Positions 49,961-59,626 of a DNA stretch of 64,000 bases are shown piece by piece. The notes under the pieces were generated by a model, which did not search any database, was not told the origin of the DNA, and saw nothing but the letters and a program-made list of their open reading frames with translations. The stretch comes from an uncultured Acidobacteriota bacterium (lineage in GTDB: Bacteria; Acidobacteriota; Thermoanaerobaculia; Multivoradales; UBA5704): contig CAWCYZ010000002.1 of assembly GCA_963799925.1 (NCBI GenBank), positions 1,425,025 to 1,489,024 on the forward strand, given 5' to 3'. Each line of letters begins with the position of its first letter. Position 1 is the first letter of the stretch. Made by a program: the position numbers and the translations under genes.

Positions 49961-52303
49961 CTAAGCGACCACGACCAGGATTCCAGCGATGAAGGAGCAC
50001 TTCATGATCTCGATCGCCAGTTGCCGGCCGCCGGGACGCGTCCATGCGAACGCTGCAGCGCCTATCGATGCCGAGTAGAGCAACAACGCGACCAGAGCGC
50101 CTTTTCCAGCGCCGGCGACAGCCACAAATGCGCACAGCGGCACCAGCGACGCCATGATCCCGAGGAATCCGTAGCGTGCGGCGCGCGCTTCACTCCAGCA
50201 CATTGCAAGCGTACGCAGACCAACGAGACGGTCGCCCTCGATGTCCCGAATGTCCATGAGAAGCTCTCTGCCCGCGACAAATAAGAAACAAGCCATGCTC
50301 GCCAAGACGAACCGCACAGGTAGCCTGAAAGCCAGCAGATCAAAGATGAGGATGAGGCTGCAAAGGAAGGCCGTGACCAGCCCTTTGCCTGCAGGCCACC
50401 GTCTCACCAGCTCGTTGTAGGCGAAACCGCCGGTGCAACCCACAAGGAAGATTAGAAGAGCTAGCGGGCTCAGACCGTGCGCTCCGATGATGACGGCGCA
50501 GAGAAAGAACAGCAGCGAGGCGAAGAGAGCCTCCTTCTCCGAGAGCTTGCCGCTAGGGATCGCTCGCTGCGGAGCGTTGACGACGTCCCGCTCCTGATCG
50601 TAGTAGTCGTTGAGAGCAAAGCTGGACATCGCCGCCAAGGCCACACCCAGGGCCAGCCGGGCAGAGTATTCGACCGGAGCTCCCGTGGCGACGCCTATCG
50701 AGATGATACCGGCGAATACGATGAGCGCCGTGATGGCGCGCGCGGACTGCAGGGTCCCGGTGAGCACACGCCAAACGCTGTAGCGCAGCGAAGCTCTGGT
50801 GCCAACATCCGTCGTCAGTGCAGGCTTGACATCGCCGCCCTGACGAGCCGTTGTCCTTTCTGAATCGGACTGATTGAACAAGGCCAGCATGCTCAACACA
50901 ATCGTCATGACAGCGTACACCCAGAACGCGACGCCTGCCCGCGCCGCTATTCCTGGGGATCGACCCTGCACAATCTCATACACAATATCGTTGATCATGA
51001 AGAGGATACCGGATAGAACGGCAGCGTGAAGAAAAACGGCGGAGCGGCGTTTCAGGCTGATGAAGCCAACCGTCAGGTCATGTAAGGTGCGGTTCTTGCC
51101 GTCGCCTCGCGTAAGGTAGTGGACCATCGGCGTCGCCAGGAAGGCCAACAACACGGCGACAAAGAGTGACGCAGAGATTCCGCTAACCTTCGCCGGATAG
51201 AGATCGGGGACCGCCGTACTGACCGCGACATCGCTCGCAACGATAGCAAAAACGGCAAAGCCGAAAATCAGCTTGAGCAGTTTCCAGCCGGACCTCCATG
51301 CTCGGAGAGCCTCGATGCGCGCGGGCTCTCCAGCACGATACCAGACGACGAGGGCCACTACGGAGTGCAGGAGCGTGAGAACGAGAAACAGCAGGCCGAA
51401 TGACCCGATTACGAACATCAGGGGGAGAAGAAGGAGCGCCACCGCATGCGAGACAAGGGTCGCGTTGAAATACCTGGCAATCTGCGCCTCACGGTCTTCT
51501 CCGCTGAGCCCACGTCCGGCGGACAGTGCCGTGGCGCGCCATAGCTCAAAGAGCGACAGATAGAGGCCCAGAGCAAAGGCGACCACCAACATCGAGGCCC
51601 AGTGAGCCATGAACTTGCCCACGGCTCTCTGGCCGATCAGTGCCAAGAGAGGCGCCACGAGGAACATCCCTATCGAAACCGCGGCAAATCTCAACGCTCC
51701 GATCCGCCGGTGACGTTCCGCGTAGTGGAGCAGGAAATACAGAACGAACACGGACGCTGGGATGGCGTAGAGCCACGCGCTGAAGGCAGGAGTCCTGAGG
51801 GTGGCTCCCACAAAAAACGCGAAAGAGACGATGAGCAGAGGTGTGAAAGTCTCGAAGCGAACGCGATGGAGGATCTCCGGTTTGCGGAAGTAGAAGACGA
51901 GCAGTGCGGCCGCAAAGTAGTAGTGAAGGACCGCCAGGAGACCGAGATAGCCCAGCTGGGCGCCGGTGAGATCGTTGCCCACAGAAGCGACCAGCACCCC
52001 TGCCTTCCAGAGGGCGAAGGGCACGACCACCATTCCAATGCTGACGCCGATCGACATCCTTGCCCCGAAAGGAAGGCGTCTTCTCTCGCCCTCTACTTTC
52101 GGCTCGGGGGAATTCTCATAGACCACGACATAGACAACGTACGGAGGAAGCAGGACAAATGCGTAGAGAATGAGGGACCAGGGCCACAGCTTCGTGACCT
52201 CGTTCGCGCGGTAGTAATCGCCACAGAGAAGGGCTCCGAGAGTCACCAGCCAGTACGCGAGGCCGCGGAAGAGGAGATTCATGGAGTCGAGAGATTCGTT
52301 CAC
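49961..52303 (-). CDS. 780-aa polytopic membrane protein: unknown ~500-aa N-terminal multi-TM domain fused to C-terminal UbiA-family prenyltransferase domain
   Basis: The ORF is intact. UbiA Asp-rich motifs are LNDYYDQERD and MDIRDIEGD in the last ~275 aa (about 49964-50790). A/T content is clearly higher than in the neighbours. Confidence 0.8.
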   Translation of the reverse strand: MNESLDSMNLLFRGLAYWLVTLGALLCGDYYRANEVTKLWPWSLILYAFVLLPPYVVYVVVYENSPEPKVEGERRRLPFGARMSIGVSIGMVVVPFALWKAGVLVASVGNDLTGAQLGYLGLLAVLHYYFAAALLVFYFRKPEILHRVRFETFTPLLIVSFAFFVGATLRTPAFSAWLYAIPASVFVLYFLLHYAERHRRIGALRFAAVSIGMFLVAPLLALIGQRAVGKFMAHWASMLVVAFALGLYLSLFELWRATALSAGRGLSGEDREAQIARYFNATLVSHAVALLLLPLMFVIGSFGLLFLVLTLLHSVVALVVWYRAGEPARIEALRAWRSGWKLLKLIFGFAVFAIVASDVAVSTAVPDLYPAKVSGISASLFVAVLLAFLATPMVHYLTRGDGKNRTLHDLTVGFISLKRRSAVFLHAAVLSGILFMINDIVYEIVQGRSPGIAARAGVAFWVYAVMTIVLSMLALFNQSDSERTTARQGGDVKPALTTDVGTRASLRYSVWRVLTGTLQSARAITALIVFAGIISIGVATGAPVEYSARLALGVALAAMSSFALNDYYDQERDVVNAPQRAIPSGKLSEKEALFASLLFFLCAVIIGAHGLSPLALLIFLVGCTGGFAYNELVRRWPAGKGLVTAFLCSLILIFDLLAFRLPVRFVLASMACFLFVAGRELLMDIRDIEGDRLVGLRTLAMCWSEARAARYGFLGIMASLVPLCAFVAVAGAGKGALVALLLYSASIGAAAFAWTRPGGRQLAIEIMKCSFIAGILVVVA

Positions 52304-52551
52304 CGCCTCACCTCATCTCCGAGCTCTCTTACCCATGACCTCCAGGCAGCAGATCCCACAGAACGAAAGGGTCTTGCTGGACCCACGGACACACCCCCCA
52401 ATCGCGGCCGAACGCTATCACAGCGTCGCCAGCCGCCGGAGCGTTGCGAGCCGCCTGGTCCCCGTCTCAAATCGAAGAGGTGTCAAGACATCCGACCAGC
52501 CAGTCAGTCGGCGCGCCCTGCCCCTTGCCAGCTTTCCAGCGCGCGCTCCGC

Positions 52552-52800
52552 TCACCCCTTGACGAACGTCCCCCGCTCGACGTCCTTTCGCACCCCCGGG
52601 AACGCCAGCACCCGCCCGTGGGCGACGCAGTAGACGCCGGGCCCCAGGAGGCCGGCGGCGAAGATCGCCTCGGTCAAGTTCTGGAGGGCGTCGGAGCGCT
52701 TCATCTCGAAGGGGCGGAGAGCGCCGGTCAGGACGATTGGCACCCGCGGCCGGGGGATGCGGGCGTAGAGCCGCTCGCCGCCAGGCTCGCCGGGCTCGGT
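52552..52800 (-). pseudogene. internal fragment of an L-asparaginase-family gene
   Basis: Reads RLYARIPRPRVPIVLTGALRPFEMKRSDALQNLTEAIFAAGLLGPGVYCVAHGRVLAFPGVRKD, matching the asparaginase PVVLTGA.RP...DA..NL core. Both the N-terminal catalytic part and the C-terminal domain are missing. Confidence 0.5.
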
Positions 52801-53056
52801 TCGCTCGGTCGGTTCAGTTGGCTCGACAAAGGCCGGCCGACGCCGAGGGCGCCGAGGAGAATCCCACTCGCGGGGCGTGAAGCCGGGCTCCTCCCCCGCC
52901 GGCCCGGCAGACCCCCGCGCGGCGGAGGGCGGCGCCGGCCGGCCCCTGTCGAACCGACCGAGCCGACGGGCCGGGCGACCGGTCCCGCTGCTCCCAGAAC
53001 TCGCGGAGGCCTGGAGCTACGCCCGGGGCGCCGGGCCGCACCCTGACGCCGGCGAC

Positions 53057-53495
53057 GTGCCGCTGCTCCGTGTCTCCACCTGCTTCGTCAGCGGCCGGCG
53101 AGAGGGGATCGTGCCCGAGCGCGTGCTTCCCCTGGCGGCCTCGGCGCACGGGCGTGGCGAGCTCGACCTCAGTACGCTCCTGGCGGAGCTCGAAGAGCGC
53201 TGCCGGGGGATCCACGAGCAGCATGCCGAGGGTGCCGGGGTCGAGGGGCCGCTCGTCGAAGCGGGCGCCGAGCAGGCTGAGCGCCATGGCTTCCATGACG
53301 TCTACACCCTGACCAAAGCCCTAGGAGAGCTCGTGCTGGTGCGCGATCAGGGAGCGGTTCCCCTCACCATCGTCCGCCCCGCCATCGTCGAGAGCGCCGT
53401 CGAGAAGCCCATGGCGGGGTGGATCGACGCGGTCCGCGTCGCCGATCCCCTGTTGGGCGCCTACGGGCGGGCTCGCGTCAGCGCCCTGCCCAGCG
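53057..53495 (+). pseudogene. internal fragment of a fatty acyl-CoA/thioester reductase (NAD_binding_4, male-sterility type) gene
   Basis: Contains LLRVSTCFVSG, GFHDVYTLTKALGELVL, LTIVRPAIVESAVEKPMAGWIDAVRVADPLLGAYG. The Rossmann GxxGxxG N-terminus and the C-terminus are absent. Confidence 0.6.
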
Positions 53496-53589
53496 CCCAG
53501 ACGCGCCCAGGGTCCGGGCGCTGTCGCGTGCCTTGAGCCGGCTGCCCGGCTGGCGCTCGACCCGGCTCGGACCCCGCCTGGGCAGCACC

Positions 53590-53920
53590 GAGCGTGCGCT
53601 GGACCATTTCATCCACCGCCGCGCATGGGCTTCGAGGTGACCGAGGGCTACGGGCTGAAGGAGACCAGCCCGGTGCTGACGGCCAACCCGCGGCGAGCGG
53701 TGCGCCTGGGGTCGGTCGGCAAGCCGCTGCCGGGCGTCGAGGTCGAAGTGCGGCCCGTGGAGGGCGCGGAGCCCGGCGCGGGGGAGATCTTTGTGCGCGG
53801 CCCCAACGTCATATCGGGCTACCGGAACTCCGAGGCTTCGGCCGCCGCGCTGCGCGACGGCTGGTTCTGCACGGGAGACGTCGGTCGCCTCGATGCCGAG
53901 GGGTACCTCCATCTCGGGCC
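53590..53920 (+). pseudogene. internal fragment of an AMP-dependent acyl-CoA synthetase gene
   Basis: Contains GFEVTEGYGLKETSPV, GSVGKPLPGVEVEV, GEIFVRGPNVISGY and DGWFCTGDVGRLDAEGYLHL. It then breaks off. The upstream ~300 aa and the C-terminal subdomain are missing. Confidence 0.65.
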
Positions 53921-54601
53921 GGTCGGCGGGGGCACCGCTCAAGGGGGTCGACGTCAAGCTGGGCAAGAACGGCGGCGGTGGCGCGAGCCCGCACGAAGAC
54001 GGACGGGGAGGGCCGATCGAAGCTCCCGTGGTGCCCGCGGGCTCGTACGTCCTGACCTTCGAGCTCCCCCCGCCGGCGAAGACAGCGGAGCCGGGCGCCG
54101 CCGCGCGGCAGGGAGCCGTGCCGGCCGCCCAGATGGCTGCGATCGAGATCGAGGGCGGGGCGGGCGGGAAGGCGACGGTGACCTGGGACTTCGCGCGCCA
54201 GGTGCCTTATGACCCGTCGCCTGTCTGCTCGTCGTAGGTCTTCTCGATGGTGCCGCCGGTGGTGTGAGGCGATGTGGCGCATCAGCCCTCGGCGGAGCGG
54301 CGGCCGCTGGACGCGGAGCTGCTCCAGGTGCCGAAGGCGTGGCGCAGGTGGGGATGACGATCTCCGCCCACCACCAGGGCGACGTCATCGCGTCGTGCAG
54401 CTCGGCGTCGGCAGGCCGGCCTCGACGCACTGGATCAGTGTAGTCGACGTAGTCGTCGCAGCGCAGCACCATCGAGGCCACCATTGGTGCGGCGTCGAGC
54501 GCGCCGCCGCGTAGGCGGCGTGTCGAGTTGAAGAAGCGTTGAGCAGGTGACGAGAGGATGGTGTAGGGTAGGGAAGAGTTGAGTGGAGAGGGAAGGGGGA
54601 A

Positions 54602-54613
54602 GGGGGGGGGGGG
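54602..54613 (+). repeat. G12 homopolymer abutting the pgeF start codon, within a G-rich tract
   Basis: Sequence GGGTAGGGAAGAGTTGAGTGGAGAGGGAAGGGGGAAGGGGGGGGGGGG then ATG at 54614. Confidence 0.9.
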
Positions 54614-55348
54614 ATGGCGACCGCGCATCAGGAGCCCTCGGCGCTCGGCCTCGCCGGGCCGGCCGCCGGTCGCGGCTACACGGTCTGGAGCGGCAGCTTC
54701 GGGGATCTCGAGGTCCGCTTCGTCGGCCGCGGGCCGGCGGCGAGCCGCAGGCGACGCGAGGAGATCCTCTCGCGGATCGAGCCGGTGCCGCCGGTCTCGC
54801 CGCCGGTCGCCTGGGCTCGCCAGGTCCACTCGGCGGACGTGCTCGCGGCCGTCGCCGGCGAGTGCGGGGCGGGCGACGCGCTGTGGACCGCCGAAGCCGG
54901 CCTCGCGCTCTCGATCGCCACGGCCGATTGCGTGCCGGTCCTCCTCGCCGGTCCCGAGGGGCTCGCGGCGGTCCATGCCGGCTGGCGCGGGCTCGCCGCC
55001 GGGATCATCCCCCGTACCCTCGAGACGGTCGCGGCGTCGCTCGGCGCCGATCCGGCGCGCTGGAGCGCCTGGATCGGCCCGTCGATCGGCTCCTGCTGCT
55101 ACGAGGTGGGCGACGACGTGGCGAGGCAGGTCGCGGCGGCGAGCACGCCGGCGGTCGTCCTCGCCGGCCCCGCCGGGAAGCCTCACCTGGACCTGACCGG
55201 CGCCGCGCTCGCCCAGCTCCGCGCCGCGGGCGTCGGCGCCATGGCACGGCTCTCCGCCTGCACCCGGTGCGACGCGGCGGCGCTCTGGAGCTATCGGCGG
55301 GAGGGGAAGGGCGCCGGGCGGAACATCGGATTCATCTGGCGCCGGTGA
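54614..55348 (+). CDS. pgeF: YfiH/PgeF (DUF152, laccase-domain) peptidoglycan editing factor family protein
   Basis: 244 aa. Contains QVHSADV, TADCVPVLL, VHAGWRG and GPSIGSCCYEVG. Confidence 0.85.
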   Translation: MATAHQEPSALGLAGPAAGRGYTVWSGSFGDLEVRFVGRGPAASRRRREEILSRIEPVPPVSPPVAWARQVHSADVLAAVAGECGAGDALWTAEAGLALSIATADCVPVLLAGPEGLAAVHAGWRGLAAGIIPRTLETVAASLGADPARWSAWIGPSIGSCCYEVGDDVARQVAAASTPAVVLAGPAGKPHLDLTGAALAQLRAAGVGAMARLSACTRCDAAALWSYRREGKGAGRNIGFIWRR

Positions 55349-55367
55349 GCCAACCGAACCGGCCCGT

Positions 55368-56471
55368 CTACGTCGCCGCCGGCCGGCGCGGGCGCGGTCC
55401 GCGCGGGTCGCGGCCGAAGGCCCGGAGCTGGCCGCAGGCGGCGGCGACGTCGTCGCCGCGCGGCCGGCGGACGGTCGCGGTGAGGCCCCGCCACTTCAAG
55501 CGCTCGGCGAAGGCATCGATCGCCTCGCGTCCCGGCGGCACCATCGCCTCGCCCAACACCGGGTCGGGGTTGATCGGGATCAGGTTCACCTTGGCGCGGC
55601 GGGCGCCGAGGAGGCGCACCAGCGCATCGGCATCGCGCGGGGCATCGTTGAAGCCGCGGATGAGGATGTATTCATAGGTGATCTTGCGCCCTTTCTCGAG
55701 GGGGTAGCGGTCGAGCGCCGCCATCAGCTCCGCCAGCGGGTACTGCCGGTTGAGCGGCATCACCCGGCTCCGGCGCTCGTCGTCCGGCGCATGCAGGGAG
55801 ACCGCCAGGTTGGGCCGCCGCGGCCAGCGCGCCAGCTCCTCGATCCCCGGGATGACGCCGGCGGTCGACACCGTGATGCGGCGCAGCGAGATCTCCTCGC
55901 CCAGGATGTCGATCGCGCCCTCTACGCTCGCCAGGTTGAGCAGCGGCTCGCCCATCCCCATGAAGACCAGGTTCAGGCCCGGCGCGGGGAGGCCGCGGTC
56001 GGCGCGCACCGCCGCCACCTGGCCCACGATCTCGCCCGCCGTCAGGCTTCGCCCCGCGCCCCAGTAGCCGGTGACGCAGAAGGTGCAGGCGAGGGCGCAG
56101 CCCGCCTGGCTCGACAGGCAGAGGGTGCGGCGGTCGCGGTCCGGGATGTCGACGGCCTCGACCGTGGCGCCGTCCGCCAGCCGGAAGAGGTACTTGGCCG
56201 TGCCGTCCGCCGAGAGGTGGCGCGACGCGATCTCCGGCAGGCCGATGCGGAAGCGCTCGGCGAGCGCCGCGCGGAGCGCCTGCGGCACGTCGGTCATCGC
56301 CGCGAAGTCGGTGGCGCCGCGGCGGTGGAGCGCGTCGTAGATCTGCTCGACGCGGAACGGCCGATCGACCAGGCCGCCGATCTCGCGGCCGAGCCGCTCG
56401 CGGCTGCAGCCGAGGAGGTCGAGGCGGGGGTCGCCGTCGGCCGGCGCAGAGGGGTGCGGAGCTTCGTTCAT
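55368..56471 (-). CDS. rlmN: 23S rRNA/tRNA adenine-C2 methyltransferase RlmN (radical SAM)
   Basis: 367 aa from ATG 56471. Contains FRVEQIYDALH and the radical SAM cluster CLSSQAGCALACTFCVTG. The track ORF extends artefactually to 56825. Confidence 0.9.
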   Translation of the reverse strand: MNEAPHPSAPADGDPRLDLLGCSRERLGREIGGLVDRPFRVEQIYDALHRRGATDFAAMTDVPQALRAALAERFRIGLPEIASRHLSADGTAKYLFRLADGATVEAVDIPDRDRRTLCLSSQAGCALACTFCVTGYWGAGRSLTAGEIVGQVAAVRADRGLPAPGLNLVFMGMGEPLLNLASVEGAIDILGEEISLRRITVSTAGVIPGIEELARWPRRPNLAVSLHAPDDERRSRVMPLNRQYPLAELMAALDRYPLEKGRKITYEYILIRGFNDAPRDADALVRLLGARRAKVNLIPINPDPVLGEAMVPPGREAIDAFAERLKWRGLTATVRRPRGDDVAAACGQLRAFGRDPRGPRPRRPAAT

Positions 56472-56500
56472 GGGACCGGCTGGCGCGCGCCGGCGCGCCG

Positions 56501-56779
56501 TCAGCCGGTGCGGCGGCGGCGCAGGCGCCGCGTGGGATCGATTCCGATCGACTTCAGGAACGAGAGGTCGCGGCCGTTGATCTGGAAGGCCGGATCGGCG
56601 GGAGAGCTCGTGGCGCGCGGCGCGGAGAGCGCGAGCGACTCCTCGCCGCTGCTGTCGCGCTTGCAGTCGACCAGCAGATAGAGCGAGTAGCCCTCCTCGC
56701 GGATCTTGCGCAGCGAGCGGCTCACCTCCGTCGATTCCGAGATCGCGTCGGAGAGAGCGCGGCGCAAGTCGCGCAGCAT
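56501..56779 (-). CDS. small hypothetical protein
   Basis: 92 aa with high third-position G+C. No recognisable motif. Confidence 0.45.
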   Translation of the reverse strand: MLRDLRRALSDAISESTEVSRSLRKIREEGYSLYLLVDCKRDSSGEESLALSAPRATSSPADPAFQINGRDLSFLKSIGIDPTRRLRRRRTG

Positions 56780-57006
56780 CTGGTGCAGCTTGTCGTCCAG
56801 ACTCGAGACCTCCCGGCCGACTCAACGACGTTGCTCTTGGGAGCGGGCCGACGCCGGATTATGGCCCTCCCCCGAGCGGGGTGTCAAACCGTTCGAGACC
56901 TCCAACAAAGGTGCCGGAAAGCCCATTCCCAGCGGCCTTCGTGCACCCTCGCGGCAGCCCGCCCGCGTGGTAGCCTCGCGCTCCGGGGAACCTCGAAAGA
57001 CGCCGC

Positions 57007-57999
57007 ATGAGCGCATCCGAAGACACCCTCCGCGCGCTCGAGCGCGGGGCGCGCTGGCTCGCCGCGCGCGGGCTCTCTCCGGCGCGTCTCGAGCCGCTCC
57101 CCGGCGACGTCTCGCCGCGCCGCTACGCGCGCGCCGTCGCGCTGGACGGCACGACCGCAATCCTCGCCGTCTACCCCGCAGCAGGGCGCGACGCCGGCGC
57201 GCGCTTCGCCGCCACCACGGCCCTCCTCCAGGCCGCCGGCGTCCGCGTGCCGGAGATCCTCGCCGCCGACTGCGCCGAGGGCTTCATGCTCGTCGAGGAC
57301 CTCGGGCCGCGCATGCTCTCCGACCTCGCCGGCCGCCCGTGGGACGAGCTCGCCCCGTACTTCGCGGACGCGCTCGGGCAGGCGGCACGGATCGCCGGCC
57401 TGGTACCCGCGGCGGTCGCCGCCATCAATCCGCCGCTCGACCGCGCGCTCCTCGCCCGCGAGCTGCAGCAGACCTGGGACCTCTTCCTCGCCCCCCGCGG
57501 CCTCCTCGGGACGCCGGCCGAGGCCGCGGCCCTCCGCGCCGTGCTCGACGAGCTCCTCGACCGCTTGGCCGACGACCCGCCGCGCCCCTGCCACCGCGAC
57601 TTCATGGCGCGCAACCTGGTGCCGCTGGCCCCGGCGGAGCGCCGGGTCGCCGTCCTCGACCACCAGGACCTCCGGCTCGGGCCCCCGGCCTACGACCTGG
57701 CCTCGCTCCTGAACGACACCCTCTTCCCGCCCCCGGCCGTCGAGGCGGCGCTCCTCGCCGCCGCGGCGCCTACGGCCGCGGAGCGCCTGCGGTACCACCG
57801 CGCGGCGGCGCAGCGGACGTTGAAGGCGGTCGGCACCTATGCGTCGTTCGCGCGCCGCGGCTCGGACCGCCACCTGCCGCTCATCCCGGAGACTCTGGGC
57901 CGCTGCCTCGCCCACCTCGCCCGCACTCCCGAGGGCGCCCCCGCGGCCGGCCTTCTCGAGCGGCTCTGGAATCCCGTCCTGGAGCCCTCGCGGCACTGA
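57007..57999 (+). CDS. aminoglycoside-phosphotransferase-fold kinase (AmgK-like MurNAc/GlcNAc anomeric kinase family candidate)
   Basis: 330 aa. Contains PGDVSPRRYAR, FMLVEDLG and the catalytic loop CHRDFMARNLV...VLDHQDLRLGPPAYDLASLL. Confidence 0.7.
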   Translation: MSASEDTLRALERGARWLAARGLSPARLEPLPGDVSPRRYARAVALDGTTAILAVYPAAGRDAGARFAATTALLQAAGVRVPEILAADCAEGFMLVEDLGPRMLSDLAGRPWDELAPYFADALGQAARIAGLVPAAVAAINPPLDRALLARELQQTWDLFLAPRGLLGTPAEAAALRAVLDELLDRLADDPPRPCHRDFMARNLVPLAPAERRVAVLDHQDLRLGPPAYDLASLLNDTLFPPPAVEAALLAAAAPTAAERLRYHRAAAQRTLKAVGTYASFARRGSDRHLPLIPETLGRCLAHLARTPEGAPAAGLLERLWNPVLEPSRH

Positions 58000-58064
58000 T
58001 CTGCTAAACTGACGATGACCGGGATGGCGTGGCCCTCGACTCGGCCATCCCAGGAGACCGCATC

Positions 58065-58253
58065 ATGCCAAGCCTCGGCCCCATGGAGCTCCTGCTCATC
58101 CTGCTGATCGTCGTCATCATGTTCGGCTCCACCCGCCTCGCCGGCATCGGCAAGGGCATGGGCGAAGGCATCCGCAACTTCAGGCAGGGCATGAAGGGCG
58201 ACGAAGCTCCCGACGACAAGTCGGCCCCCAAGTCGGCCCCCAAGAAGAGCTAG
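58065..58253 (+). CDS. tatA: twin-arginine translocase TatA/E family protein
   Basis: AGGAG SD. Reads MPSLGPMELLLILLIVVIMFGSTRLAGIGKGMGEGIRNFRQGMKG. Confidence 0.9.
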   Translation: MPSLGPMELLLILLIVVIMFGSTRLAGIGKGMGEGIRNFRQGMKGDEAPDDKSAPKSAPKKS

Positions 58254-58382
58254 TCGCCCCCCCACCTCGCCGCGCTGCCATCCGCCCCGATCGAAGGCGA
58301 ACAGGAGGATCTCTATCCGGCGGGCGCCTGCGCCCGCGGGTCGCGGTGTGCCCGGGCTTAGGGCACCGCGCGGTCGAGCCGG

Positions 58383-59486
<1,104 letters not shown>

Positions 59487-59626
59487 CTCAGCTCCTCCGC
59501 GGTGCTCTGGGGCAGGCTCCCGCCATTCTAGCGGCAGCCGTGCGCCTGGCATCGCCGGCGCCACCGAGCCCGGCAGCCGCCCGGTCCGCTTGCTGGTATC
59601 GTCAAGTCCATGGCGGCGCAGGCGGG

